Assembly (NCBI GenBank): GCA_963714275.1
Contig: CAVQNT010000006.1
Location: 470,591-534,590, forward strand
Length of the DNA stretch: 64,000 nucleotides
Reading direction: 5' to 3'
Source of the DNA: Candidatus Bathyarchaeota archaeon
GTDB taxonomy: Archaea > Thermoproteota > Bathyarchaeia > Bathyarchaeales > DTEX01
Shown: positions 51,190 through 62,710 of the stretch, in pieces
Position numbering within the stretch: the stretch's first letter is position 1
How the letters are laid out: each line of letters begins with the position of its first letter
The notes under the pieces: model-generated
What the model was told of the DNA's origin: nothing
The model's database searches: none
What the model saw: only the letters and a program-made list of their open reading frames with translations
Position numbers and translations under genes: made by a program

Positions 51190-51216
51190 TTTACCCCTAA
51201 GCCTTAAACCATTTAT
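51190..51216. repeat. Right direct repeat (attR-like), equal to the 3-prime end of endA
   Basis: Perfect 22-mer 51195-51216 matches 35950-35971. It covers the codons for KWFKA, the stop and about 9 nt downstream. Confidence 0.85.
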
Positions 51217-51754
51217 AGATGAAGTATTGAATCTTGTTTTTTTCTAGGTCGGGTACTGCTATTATGAAGCGTTTCCTTACTGTGGTTGCTAGTCTGCCTG
51301 CTTTTACAATTTCAGTTGCTGTGATGATGTCTTTTTGGCTTTTCACCGAAACCATGTAGGGCGCGTGGTCGATGCCTGGTCCCTGCTTGTAAACAGCGAA
51401 GTCGCATCCATACTTAACTCCGGGTGTAACCACTAAACTTTTTTCTCTCAAGTCCCGGTACACCGCATACATAGCGTCGAACGCGTCAAACGTTTTTTGG
51501 GCTCTACCTTTAAGAGTCCGAAGATTTACCCCTTTCTTTTCGGGTCCCTCAACAACGTGGACCAAGCCCTTCTCCGCGAGGTACAACCCCTCCATCAAGT
51601 CGAGAACAAGGGGCACGTCGAACTCTGAGCTTTTAGGCTTAGGAATACCGAGGGGCTTGCCGTAGAATCCGAGTTCAAAAAGATCTGAACCCTTTTTGGA
51701 ATCCCAAACAACGAGGAAATTCTCAACAAACTCAGCCTCAGTTTCCTCTGGCAA
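51197..51754 (-). CDS. endA: tRNA-splicing endonuclease EndA
   Basis: YRDLREKSLVVTPGVKYGCDFAVYKQGPGIDHAPYMVSV...AGRLATTVRKRFIIAV matches the archaeal EndA catalytic domain pattern (Y..LR..G..V..G.KYG.DF..Y....H..Y.V). Confidence 0.9.
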   Translation of the reverse strand: MPEETEAEFVENFLVVWDSKKGSDLFELGFYGKPLGIPKPKSSEFDVPLVLDLMEGLYLAEKGLVHVVEGPEKKGVNLRTLKGRAQKTFDAFDAMYAVYRDLREKSLVVTPGVKYGCDFAVYKQGPGIDHAPYMVSVKSQKDIITATEIVKAGRLATTVRKRFIIAVPDLEKNKIQYFIYKWFKA

Positions 51755-51772
51755 AAAACGTTCAGTCCCCCT

Positions 51773-52432
51773 TTATACCGCGAACGCCAGTATCCGAGCT
51801 GCGTCAGACGCGTCCTCAATCTTGTCAGCAATGTCTTCTAGAAGCTGAATGATGTCCCTCATTAAAAGAAGCGTGTTAATGTCAAGTTTGCTTTCGAGAA
51901 TCGCGATTTCAAGGTCACGGTACTTGTCGTCGACTTTTCTCTCCGAAACCTCCACATCCTTGGCTTTCTCCAACACCTTAGGCGACCCGTAATTCAACAT
52001 GAGGAAAGTGTCCCTAAGCATCGAGGCAGTGTCAGACACGGCACCCGCAAGGTCAACAATGCCCTTCTTGATGTCAGAAGGAACATCCCACCCTCGCTCC
52101 ACCATCTGAGACAGCCTGAAAGCAATGCCCTTGCAGAAGTCCGCAATCTCGCTTGTAACGTCAGTGAACCTAAGGAAATCTTCACGGCTAATCAGTATGG
52201 TGCCAATCTCGACCAGTTCTTGGGCGACTGCCCTTTTCGAATCGTCCACCCCGTCCCCGAGTTCCTGGACTTCACTGTAAAGCTGCTGAAGGGACGACTT
52301 GTCGTTCTCCATGAAGGCGTCAATCACCTGAGCCGTCTTCCGGTTAACGTTCATGACCTTTCGAAGATGGTCTTGGCACAAACGTAGGGCTCTCCTCTTT
52401 GCCCTGTGCTCTGCTTCAATGGGAAAAACCAA
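51773..52432 (-). CDS. DUF47 / PhoU-like (TIGR00153-type) protein
   Basis: Helical repeat protein with ...DDSKRAVAQEL...REDFLRFTD... and C-terminal LLEDIADKIEDASDAARILA, typical of DUF47. Confidence 0.65.
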   Translation of the reverse strand: MVFPIEAEHRAKRRALRLCQDHLRKVMNVNRKTAQVIDAFMENDKSSLQQLYSEVQELGDGVDDSKRAVAQELVEIGTILISREDFLRFTDVTSEIADFCKGIAFRLSQMVERGWDVPSDIKKGIVDLAGAVSDTASMLRDTFLMLNYGSPKVLEKAKDVEVSERKVDDKYRDLEIAILESKLDINTLLLMRDIIQLLEDIADKIEDASDAARILAFAV

Positions 52433-52540
52433 ACAGTTTCCGCCTCATGCACAAATAACTAGCTAACACTATCTAAATGGGTGACAACCTTAAAAAACCT
52501 AGCTAGTCAACCACAACACACATTACTCGACAAATCAATC

Positions 52541-54293
52541 TCAAGACTTTATGGGAGACCCCAAATCCTCAAAGCCAATTTTACCGCGGAAAAAGTCGCA
52601 CAGAAGCCCGGGCAAAATGTCAACTTTCGTCCTAACCTGCTTCCACGATGCTCTGTCACGGATCGTCACAGTTCCATCCTCAACCGTTTTATAGTCCACT
52701 GTAACGCATAGAGAGGTACCAATTTCGTCGAAACGCGCGTATCTTCTTCCGATTGAACCCCCATCATCATATTCAACCGAGAATCCCTCGTCAACGAGTA
52801 GGTCACACAAATGCATAGCATTTTCGGGCAAGCCACCTTTACTTACAAGCGGAAGAACAGCCAACTGCAAAGGAGCAACATCGCGCGGAAAATTCAGAAC
52901 CGTCCTTCCCTTTCTCACCTTATAGGCATATTCTAACGCGACGTAGGCTAGGCGATCTGACCCGAAGCTCGGCTCAATAGCGTGAGGAATGAATCTACGT
53001 CCTGTCTCCTCGACCTTTTTCTGAACGAACGCTACGTGTTTTGGAAGAATTTTGAATTTTCCAGCCAAATAATGTCCTTGTTCTTTAAGCGAAGCTTCAA
53101 TCTTCTTCGGATCAGCCTTTAATAATAGTTCAATCACTTTCGGCGTGTCTTCCTTGAAGGCTGGACCCAACTCCGAGTGGACAGGTCTAATAACAAGTTC
53201 GGTTTTTACCCTTTTTATTCCATCCGCCTTAAAAACGGTCATGTCGACTCCGCTTTCCTGCATGTGCCCCCGGAGGTCGTAGTCCGTTCGGTAGTTGAAG
53301 CCCGAAACCTCAACCCACCCCCAACGGTCAAGATAAACCTCCTGATCAAATCCCTGAACAGAATAATGAGCCCTTTCCCAAGCAAACTTCTCGATGAACC
53401 GCTGCTTGTCCTCAGGGACCCCCAAATCCTTCAGGAACCGTTTAGCCAAAGCCATAAAGTACGCCTGCCACTCCGTCTTAATGTAACCTTTGGCTATGGA
53501 TTCCTTTACGGAAACCTCGACAGGAACATCCAAACCCTTTGACCTTTTATCTGTAAGCAGAAGCCTCAACGTTTCATCCTCAACTTCACCTAAACGTGGG
53601 CATTCGGGACGTTCCGGATCAATGAAAAATTCAAGGTCTATTATGGTGAACTCTCTCAGGCGGATTGGTCCCTGACGGGGAGAAATCTCGTTCCGAAGGG
53701 CATGACCGATAGTGAAAAAGCCAACAGGCAACTTTTCTCTTGTCTGCTCGTATAGACGCTTGAATTCCACGAAAACTCCCTGTGCAGCCTCAGGACGACC
53801 ATAACCCACAGCGTCAGAGTACGGTCCAATGGTCGTCTTAAACATTGTAAGGAATTGTTCTGGCGGTCCGAGGCTTCCCCCGCAGTCTGGACACTTGATT
53901 CCGTATTTTTCAACAGCTTCTCTGATTTCGTTGAGCTGCATCTTATCCGTTTCTTGCGAGCTCAGCTTCGCATTTTCCTGCAGAAGATGGTCCGCCCTGA
54001 ACCATTTTTGGCATTCGCCACATTTAACCATGGGTTCCTTGAAGCTTTTAACGTGACCCGAAGCAATGAAGACCCTTTCCGGCATGATGATGGGGGACTC
54101 AAGTCTCGTATAACCCTAATCTGCGCAGAAACTGGTCTCTGAGTTTTTCCTCAATCTTCCTCTTCATCACTGAACCCAAGGGACCCCAATTAATGAACCC
54201 GCCTGTGCCACCATAAATTTCATAGGAAGGCCAAAAGAAACCTCGGCGTCGTGCCAGTTCGCTGACTTTTTCGTATTTGTCCACTTTTTTCAA
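52541..54293 (-). CDS. glyS: Glycine--tRNA ligase (archaeal/eukaryal type), frame broken near 54097
   Basis: N-terminal RRGFFWPSYEIYGGTGGFINWGPLG (54099-54293), then after a shift LESPIIMPERVFIASGHVKSF...RNEISPRQGPIRLREF...PHAIEPSFGSDR... Confidence 0.92.
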
Positions 54294-54398
54294 AGGCTCA
54301 AACCATCCATCCTAGAGGCTTCAAATACTCAAGCCCACCATCGATATTAGCATTACCTAATATGAACATAGTTTAATTTAAAAATACAGTATTCTGGT

Positions 54399-55986
54399 CT
54401 ACAATTTTTTGCTCACGTAAGACCCATCGTATCTGTAACCGAGTCTCTTGTAGTACCTTTTGGTACCCAAAGCACTCGTAACCATAATTTTTTTGTAGCC
54501 CTGCTCTCTGCTAAGTTGCTCAGCCTTCTCCAGAAGCCGTTTCCCGCAGCCTCTATGCTGATGAGCTCCTCGGATACGCTTCCCGACGGGAACAACTTGA
54601 CCGCAAACACGTAACTCCCGAACTATCGAGGCTTCTTTTCCCAGGATTTCTGGTCTGTGCGGCTTATCGGATGGAAACCGAAGCCTTAAGTAGCCTATCA
54701 GAACATCGTTCGTTTGGTCCTCTAATGAAAAAAAATGCTCTGCTCCACCAGAAGCCTCGTACGTTTTCATCAACATCTCAACCTGCTTGTAATCGGGAAC
54801 AACCTTGTCCTTCAGCCATCTGTGCCCAACCTCGCGGCATCGAATGCACCTGCACATTCGACCTTCTTCTTTGAGTTTGTTTTGAACAAGTTCTCGGAGG
54901 TTGCTTTTTTTCACGCCCTTTTCAATCAGGTACGCAGGGATGTCTCTTTGGACACGCATTATTCTGACCCATTCTGGAACAAATTTTTTGATTTCAGATA
55001 TCAGCTCTACAGTTTCATCAGTCGTGTAAGGTTCATACTTGCCCTGTTTCCACCAATCATACAGCCTGGTTCCTTCGATGACGAGGCAAGGATAAATCTT
55101 CAACATATCAGGTTTGAAGCTGAGAGTCAGAAAAAATCGTTTTAAAGCCCTCAACATCTCTTTCAAAATTTGAACCGGGAAGCCCAGGCATCACGTGATA
55201 AACGACCTTGAGCCCAGAGTCCTTCAAAACACGGGTCGCATCAACCACGTCCATAAGGGTGTGACCGCGATTAACGAGCTCATAGATATCGTCGTAAACA
55301 TTTTGCACACCGATTTCGACCCTTGTCACGCCCAACGAAAGCATCTGGTCAACGTCTTTTTCCTTAGCCCAGTCCGGACGGGTCTCAACCGTGACTCCCA
55401 CGTTTCGGACTCGACTTGACTCAGCAAACCGTTTAGCTTCATCAATCGTGTTAGAGGATTGTCCGTTGATTGCATCCAAGCATCCCTTAACAAATTCCTC
55501 TTGATAGCTTTGAGGAGTGCTTGGAAAAGTTCCCCCCATAATTATGAGCTCAACCTTGTCAACCGAATGTCCAATAGATTCGTACTGTTCTATCCTGTGC
55601 CTGACCTGCTTGTACGCGTCGTAGGCGTTCTGCGACCCCCTCATGGAGGCTGGCTCAACTCCCGTGTAGCTCTGCGGAACACCCTTAGAAGGTCCGCCTG
55701 GGCAATACGCGCATGGCTGTCCTTGAGGGCACGGCCAAGGCTTCGTCATCACCGCGACAACGGTGACTCCTGAGGCTGCGCGGACTGGTTTTCTGCACAA
55801 AACTTTAAGGATTTTTTTTCGTTCGTTCGGTTTTAGAAACTCTATTATTTCCGAGTTTTTCGGAACTTGAGTTAGACCATATTTTTGTGCAATTCTGGTT
55901 TTGACTCGGTTTACGTCGTCTCTGGATGGGTTCTGAAGCCGTATTAGGCTGTCTATGGCTTCTCGGGCTGCAACTTTATTCATCAA
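54399..55986 (-). CDS. elp3: Elp3 family radical-SAM / GNAT protein, frame broken near 55120
   Basis: Radical SAM part (PWPCPQGQPCAYCPGG, VTVETRPD, RVEIGVQ) in 55108-55986. The FKPDMLKIYP...GNAT part (HQHRGCGKRLLEKAE) is in 54399-55166. Removing one C in CAG-C-TTC restores SDSQFKPDM. Confidence 0.88.
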
Positions 55987-56078
55987 TGGTCGATAAAGAG
56001 TTGAGAGCTGCCGAATAAAAACGCTTTCTCACAATAGTTCAAAAAATAACAATTTAGATGAACAGCAACAAGTATCTA

Positions 56079-57621
56079 TTATGCGACATGTCGAGTCAAA
56101 AATTTTCTATGTTTGGCAAACGTTTTCCTTAAAGCCAAGCTAACGTTGTCCTGGATTTCCTGCAGCTCATGGTAGACTTCGACATTTGTGGGCTTTGGAT
56201 GAGCAAGAGTTTCTTCGTCCACCCTGACGTAACGGTTAGTAATCTCTTGGATGCTTGTTCTTTCTCCGAAGCCATTTTCGTAGGTCCACATCGCCTGCAA
56301 CGCAGCCCCGTAAGCAGCGCCTTCATCTGTTTCGAGGCACACAACCTCAGCGTCAAACACGTCAGCCGCTATCTGCCTCCAAGCAGCGTTCTTTGAGCCG
56401 CCGCCAGTAAGCCTAATCTGCGAAGGCTTGATGCCTAGGCTCCTCATTCTGTTGAGACCATAATTCATGCCTAAAGTGACGCCTTCCATAGATGCCCTTG
56501 CGAAATGTTCCTTGTAAAAGGTTTCTTTGTTAAGGCCGTAGAAAAGCCCAGTTCCATCTGGAACGTTAGGCGTCCTTTCGCCCTCGAAGTACGGAAGAAG
56601 AATCAAACCATCTGAACCCGGCGGAGTCTTTTCCACAACATTACTTCAGCTCATCGTGAGAAAGCTTAAACATGTTCCTAACGAACTCCGTGGCAACCGT
56701 GACGTTCATCGTGCAAAGCAGGGGAAGCCAAGCGTTCGTCGAGTCGCAGAAGGCTGCGATTTCTCCCTCAGGATCAACTACAGGCTTACCAGAGTAGGCA
56801 TAGATGGTGCCTGAGGTGCCGAGGCTAGCTGTAACTATTCCTTCTCGCGTGTTTCCGGTCCCTATTGCGCCCATCATGTTGTCTCCACCACCTGCGCTAA
56901 CAAGAACGTCGTTGCGGAACCCAAATTTCTCAGCGATTCCTTCTTGGATTGTTCCTACTGGTTTGTTGGAACCCTGCAGCGGAGGAAGTTTCTCTATTAG
57001 ATTCGGGTCGATTGCGTCCAAAACCTCTTTACACCATTTTCTTGTTAGAACATTCATGAGGGCGGTGCCTGAACCGTCGCCATACTCCATCACCTTTTTG
57101 CCCGTCAGGTAAAAGTTCAAGTAGTCATGCGGCAGCAAAATCGTGCTCAGTTTATCATAGTTCGCTGGTTCATGCCTTTTGAGCCAAAGAACCTTTGAAG
57201 CTGTGAACCCAGGCGGAATTGTAAGCCCCAAATATTCTATGACTGCCTTTTTTCCTCCAAGCTTCCGGGTGAGGATGTTGCATTCATCAAGCGTGCTTGT
57301 ATCGTTCCACAGCTTAACTGGCCTAATCACTTTTCCTTTTTCGTCAAGAGGAACAAAACCGTGCTGTTGCCCAGAAACGCCTATCGCCTTAACGTTTCGA
57401 GGGTCTGTCTTCGCCTCATGCAAAGCTTGGTTCATCGTTTCGTGCAGGGCGTCGATCCAGACGGTTGGGTCTTGTTCTTTGTGGCCAGGCGGAAGCCCTT
57501 CTACGAGCCCGTATCCTTTTGCTGCTTTGGCTACGACTTGCCCTGTTTCGCCATCCACGATAATGGTTTTGGTGCTTTGGGTGCCGTTGTCGACTCCAAG
57601 GAAATATTGTTTTTCAACCAT
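56079..57621 (-). CDS. xylB: FGGY-family sugar kinase, xylulokinase-like, frame broken near 56640
   Basis: YFLGVDNGTQSTK, GVSGQQHG, SAGGGDNMMGAIG (56641-57621), then PPGSDGLILLPYFEGERTPN...IRLTGGGSKN (56079-56636). Confidence 0.75.
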
Positions 57622-57686
57622 TTCCCTCGCCCACCTTTTTGTGGTGCAAATGTTATGTATATCTTTGCATTCTTATAATTTGTATT

Positions 57687-58415
57687 ATGATGTTGATTTC
57701 TCTGTCGATTCTTGATTACGAGCCTGAACTTGCTACCCATGTCAATGACATTTTAGAATCCAAAGCCATAGCAACCATACTCAGTTTAATCAAGACAGGC
57801 AAGTTTCACCGCGTCCACATAGATATCATGAAACCACCGATGATACCAAATAGAACAACATTCAAAATCAATCTGATACGTGCTTTATATCAAGGCTTGA
57901 TTGATAAGATTCCTTTGGCTACTCACCTCATGGTTGACGACCCATACCCAATCATTGAGGAAATGAACATATTCATGCCCAGAAAGGAAAGAAACGATTT
58001 CGAAATTTTCGTCCAAAGAGAATCCTTCAGTTCCGAAGCTAACACAATTAAGGCTCTTAATTTTCTGAAAGAGTGCAACTATTTATCTGGGATTTGCCTA
58101 AACCTGCCAACATCAACCGAGGTTCTCAGTGCAAAAATCGTCGAATCTTCTGACATAATCCTTCTCATGACGGTGCCGATGGGGGCGGGCGGACAAGGAT
58201 ACAACATGGAAGGTTCGAAAAGGATTTCCCTTTTTTCAAAGAGATTCCCAAAAAAGACGATAGCGGTTGATGGCGGGATGAACCCGAAAACGATAGTTGA
58301 GGCAGAAAAAGCGGGAGCCGAGATAGCCATTGTTGGCTCGTTCATTACTCGCAATAAACACCCAATCAATGCTGTTTTTGAGCTTGAACAAAGCCTAAAA
58401 AAAGGCAAAAAGTAA
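57687..58415 (+). CDS. Divergent ribulose-phosphate 3-epimerase-family TIM-barrel protein
   Basis: ISLSILDYE, HIDIMKPPMIPN, HLMVDDP, LLMTVPMGAGGQGY, AVDGGMNP...IVGSFI follow the Rpe motif order with substitutions in the metal and substrate motifs. Confidence 0.55.
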   Translation: MMLISLSILDYEPELATHVNDILESKAIATILSLIKTGKFHRVHIDIMKPPMIPNRTTFKINLIRALYQGLIDKIPLATHLMVDDPYPIIEEMNIFMPRKERNDFEIFVQRESFSSEANTIKALNFLKECNYLSGICLNLPTSTEVLSAKIVESSDIILLMTVPMGAGGQGYNMEGSKRISLFSKRFPKKTIAVDGGMNPKTIVEAEKAGAEIAIVGSFITRNKHPINAVFELEQSLKKGKK

Positions 58416-58444
58416 AGTTTACCATTTTTCACAATTTGCAAATC

Positions 58445-59762
58445 TTAATTTTGCGAAAGGATTCTTCTGGTCTCTTTTTTGTAACTTTCTACGCTGGGTT
58501 GTCCGAACGGGTTCACGCCCAGTAAGTATCCTAGGTAGATTGTTTCGAGCATCTTGAACTGTAGAAACTGCCCAGCGGAACATTCGGATTTGTCTGGAAG
58601 AACAATCTCGGAGTACGGTCTCACATGTTCCCTGAAGGCTGCCTTCGTTCCCTCAAGTATGGCGTCCATGACTGTTTTCAGGCTCTTACCCCGAACTCCA
58701 GCCACTAATTCATCATAGTCGCCTGTTTTTGGCACCTTCAATGATGAGAAACCGTTTTGGACAGAAACAAACGTCGTAAACTTGTCGAATGGACCACCAA
58801 GGTAAAGCTGAGCTATCGAATGCAGGTCTGTTGACCCAACCGAAACGGTCGGCGTAAGCCCAGAATTCACTTTTTCGCCCTTTTTTGTTAAGTTCCCTGC
58901 CTAGACTTTCTGCCACAAGTTGCCTGTTCCATTTGCCCATGGACTCCAGATCGTTCGAGAACAGGAACAGGTCGAAAATGTTCACCCCTTGCCTAAAATG
59001 CTGGAACTGCATCGACGCGGATTCCGCAGCGGGGTTCCTCTCAACATCGTCACCGATGCACTTGTCTCTGGCAGATTTGGCACCAGCAAGCAATTCATCA
59101 ATGTTTATTCCTAAGAGTCCGAGCGGAAACAAACCGACGGGTGAAAGAACAGAGTATCTTCCGCCTACTTTTTCGGGAATTTCGAGTGCGTCGAAGCCTT
59201 CTTTTTGTCCGAGCTTCCACAGTTTGGAATCCTTGTCCGAGGTTATTACGACATATTTTTTGTAGTCACGTTTGTGCTTGCGGACGACGTCAATTAGCAC
59301 TTCGAAGTTCACTGCGGTCTCAGTCGTTGTCCCAGACTTGCTTATGCAGTTAATAATGACGTTTCTTCCTTTCTTTAATGCTGGTTCAATCAACTTGACA
59401 ATGCTGTTGATGTAATCTGTGTCCACGGTGTCAGCGAACAAAACCTTGGTTGCGGGATTAAGTTGATTGTGCAGCTTCCCCAGAACTGCTTCCTGAACAG
59501 CCACGGTGCCAAGGTTGCTTCCGCCTATTCCGACGACTACAATATACTCCGGGTTTAGGCGTTTCTTTTCCTGCACGAGTTCCTTGACTTTTCTATGCAT
59601 GTCCTTGTCGTCGGGCAGGTTGATGCAAGCTTTGTCATCATCGTAACCCTTGGACGTGGCTTGCACGCAGTTTTCGATTTCAGGCAAAAGTATTTTCGCG
59701 GTCTCAACTATTTTTTCTGAAGAAATGAGACAGTTTTCGAAAGCGAATTCCACGTTTTTCAT
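58445..59762 (-). CDS. pgi: Glucose-6-phosphate isomerase, frame broken near 58880
   Basis: VVVGIGGSNLG, ISKSGTTTET, GGRYSVLS, QLVAESLG (58713-59762), then NSGLTPTVSVGSTDLHSIAQLYLGGP... (58445-58870). Confidence 0.85.
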
Positions 59763-59837
59763 CTTTTGGTCGCTGTTAACTACTGTTTAAAATCAGTAAA
59801 TAACCTTTTTGAACCTACACAAAAATGGTTGGTTCCA

Positions 59838-60241
59838 CTATGATCTTTTCTTCGCATCAGCCTTTTTTAAGGTTACAGAGTGTCCTCCGAACTGTTCTCT
59901 CAGCGCAGAAAGCATCTTTCCAGTGTACGAAGGGTTGTCTTGGGATTCGATTCTGAAATTAACCACTTCCTCAATAATTTTCGTCTTTAGACCCATTTCA
60001 CGCGCCATTTTTACGGTCCATTCTCCCTGCCTGTATGGGCTACCCTTCCCGGGACATCCTTTAAGTCGGCGCTGTGGACTTCGAACGCCTTTCCCAGCCG
60101 CTCCATGAGCCTCGACTCGATCACGCTGCTGTGGTTATACACTTCCGCCACATCCTCAAGGTTAAGCGAGTAATCCACATTCCTTAACAATTTTTGCTTC
60201 TTTGCCCAAGCCTTCAGTCTTCGATTAAGCGTCAATAACAC
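59838..60241 (-). CDS. Hypothetical protein of about 134 aa, frame broken near 60040
   Basis: 60011-60241 continues after a shift as KGSPYRQGEWTVKMAREMGLKTKIIEEVVNFRIESQDNPSYTGKMLSALREQFGG... to TAG at 59838. Confidence 0.4.
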
Positions 60242-60254
60242 TTTCTCGGTTCAA

Positions 60255-62686
60255 TCATGGATGAACATTTGAATTCAAGTCGTCAGGGTCAACGAGCGTT
60301 TTCGAGCCCGTGCAGTCCACCAGTTCGAAAAAGTTAGCCCCATAGCCGTCGCCATCTTCGTCAAGGCATACTTTGGCGCCTTCCGCGTAGTTTACAATCA
60401 TGTATGCTGAGTGAGGTTTGAGGGTCATGTTGTAGTTGTTTGTGAAGTTGTATACCAGTGTGTAGTTTAGGTGCAAGTCCTCAGACGATTCGTCGTTGTA
60501 AGCATATGGGCTGTCACCAGTCAATGAAACAATCAGCGACCTGTTTGAAGGCATGTAAGGTAAGCTCGAGCTGTACATCTACACTTTTCTCTAAGTCCCT
60601 ATTAATCAACAGAATGGAATACCTGTCACCATACTTGAATGGGTATACAGCGATGTCTGGCACATTAATGGGGTACCTGTGGACTTCGAGGTTATAGCTC
60701 TGAAAGTTTTCCCACATTATGAAGTTGTTGGCTGCGTCGCCTAATGGGTCAAACGTACCTGAAGTGAAGGAGCAATCGAGGAGCTGCCCCCTTTGGAATT
60801 CGCCGTACATTTGCAGGGCGTAGTAAACGGGTCTTTTCTTGACGTAGGCATAATCCTCCATGAAGCCCCACGTCCACCCGAAGCCTTGAACATAAAAAGC
60901 GTTAATGGGGTCTAACCCGTTCTTCCTTAGGCTTAAGCTTTGGTCAAGTACCGCTATCGCTGCGCCAAGGCTTGTTTCCATGTTTGCCAGCTCGTGGTTG
61001 AAGGGTTCTCTTTTAAAGACGCCTGTCATTCCATATTCGTAAATTCCAACATCGATGGACGTTGGGTAGTTCTCTTCAACCATCTCCTTAAGGTACGAAG
61101 CGTACTCATCTATGTATGCGGCTTCGCCTAACGCTCTCCGGTACCACACTGCCCTGTTCAGCTTCGGAGCCCGTTAAGCTGCCTTCGCTGTACGTAGTTT
61201 GCCTATTGGCATAATAGTTCGTGAAGTCGTGTCCAGGAAAATACTCAGCCACTAATATGAAGTCGAAGTCTCCTTCGCCCGCATTGTTGCTTTCGTCAGT
61301 TAAAAATTGAACGTTAAGCCCAACGTCCGAGTACCACAGCCCGACGCCTATCTTGTTCAGGCTTGAGTTCCAGTACGGCGAAGACTTGGCGACTCTAACC
61401 GCCTCTGTAACGTAATCCGCATACTCTCTTTGGGTCCAGGTTGGTCCATTGCCGTTCTGCAGGACCTCGTTTCCCAACTCGAAGTAGACCTTGTCGAACT
61501 TGCCCTTCCACGATTCAAACCCCGCCTTTTCCCTCATCGCTCCGTAAGCTGTCGCGTTGTCTCCGTACATGTATTCCAGCAAGTCCGAAATTAAGGATGG
61601 CTCCATAATCAAAAACTGCGAAATAACGTAGTCTGGGCACGCTCCCGTCAGCTCGCACAGTTTCAGAAACTGGTTAAAGTCGAACACGTCACCTCCAACA
61701 TTGCCGTCCCAGTCAGCATAATTCTGCAAATCAAACCTGTCTCCAAAGATACTCTCGGGTCGTAGCGAGTTACATCCAAGCCCACCGTACCGAAGGGTCG
61801 AAGGCCTAAGATTCCTTACTTCATCAATGAAACGTGTGGACAGCCCCCAAGCGTTTATGCCCTCGGAATCGTAGAACTGGGCATCGTCAATCCAAAGGGT
61901 GCCTGACGAAAAAACTTCGATTCTCTCGGAGTTAGACTGTCCATAGTAAGGATCAATTGGCGTACAATTGACCGGAAGAACAAAATCCATCTCGTAATAG
62001 CGCCACTCTGTACTCACCGTGAAGCTCTGAGACTGGTCAAACCTATCGTCTCCACTCCAGAATCTGACTCTTAACCTAACATCCTGTGTTAGACCACTCT
62101 GTTTCATCCAGCACCCAAACTTGTAGGTTCTGTTCGCTAAGAATTCCCTGCCAGACTGATATTGCCCAAGCCTAACGGGTTCAGAACAACTTGTAATCAT
62201 TATTTTTTGGGCGTACCGTCCGTGGACAAAATTGCCTTGGGTCCCATCTTTACTGAAGGTCACAGTGCTGCTTGTGTTGTCAGCTGCGAAGTCTTCGTTG
62301 GTCCATAGCAGCCAGTCGTCCGCCATTTCACCAAAAGGGGTGGTTCGGTAGGCTTCGAAACCGTAAGTTCCCAGAAAATTCATGTTTGGCGATGAACTGT
62401 ACCGGGTTGAGGTTTCAGGAATCTGCAGCCCCACACGCATATCGGGCGACTGCCCATAATAGGTTGATGATGAAATGGTTACTTGAACAAGCTTGGGCTC
62501 TTCAGACGGTTTTTCGCCGCTGGGACTGAAGTATTCGAGTGCTTTGGGAATGGCAAATGTAGCAACTATGACGAACAATATGAGGGACGCCATAGCTTTA
62601 CGTTTCGTCAGAGACAGAAAGGGATTGAACGGGGCAATACTAGATAGGCACGAAATAAAGCGTGGTTTCCAATCCAAATTTGTCAT
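60255..62686 (-). CDS. Secreted or anchored glycoside hydrolase (clan GH-A-like barrel) with N-terminal CBM-like domain; two frame breaks (about 61130 and 60560)
   Basis: N-terminal anchor ASLILFVIVATFAIP; beta-sandwich-like segment ending GTLWIDDAQFY; LRYGG and VYFELGNE (acid/base context); C-terminal DEDGDGYG metal-binding-like tail. The exact GH family was not determined. Confidence 0.6.
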
Positions 62687-62710
62687 CCCATGAATATTTG
62701 GTTAAAGATT

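Noticed and set aside
35972-51194. SSV-type split integrase reading across the att sites
   Set aside because: Both element ends next to the repeats (35972-36270 and 50555-51194) are dense with stops in all frames. No ORF abuts or crosses either att copy.
35972-51194. Casposon or transposon with terminal inverted repeats
   Set aside because: The 40 nt inside each repeat show no inverted-repeat relationship. No Cas1, PolB or DDE-type transposase motifs were recognised.
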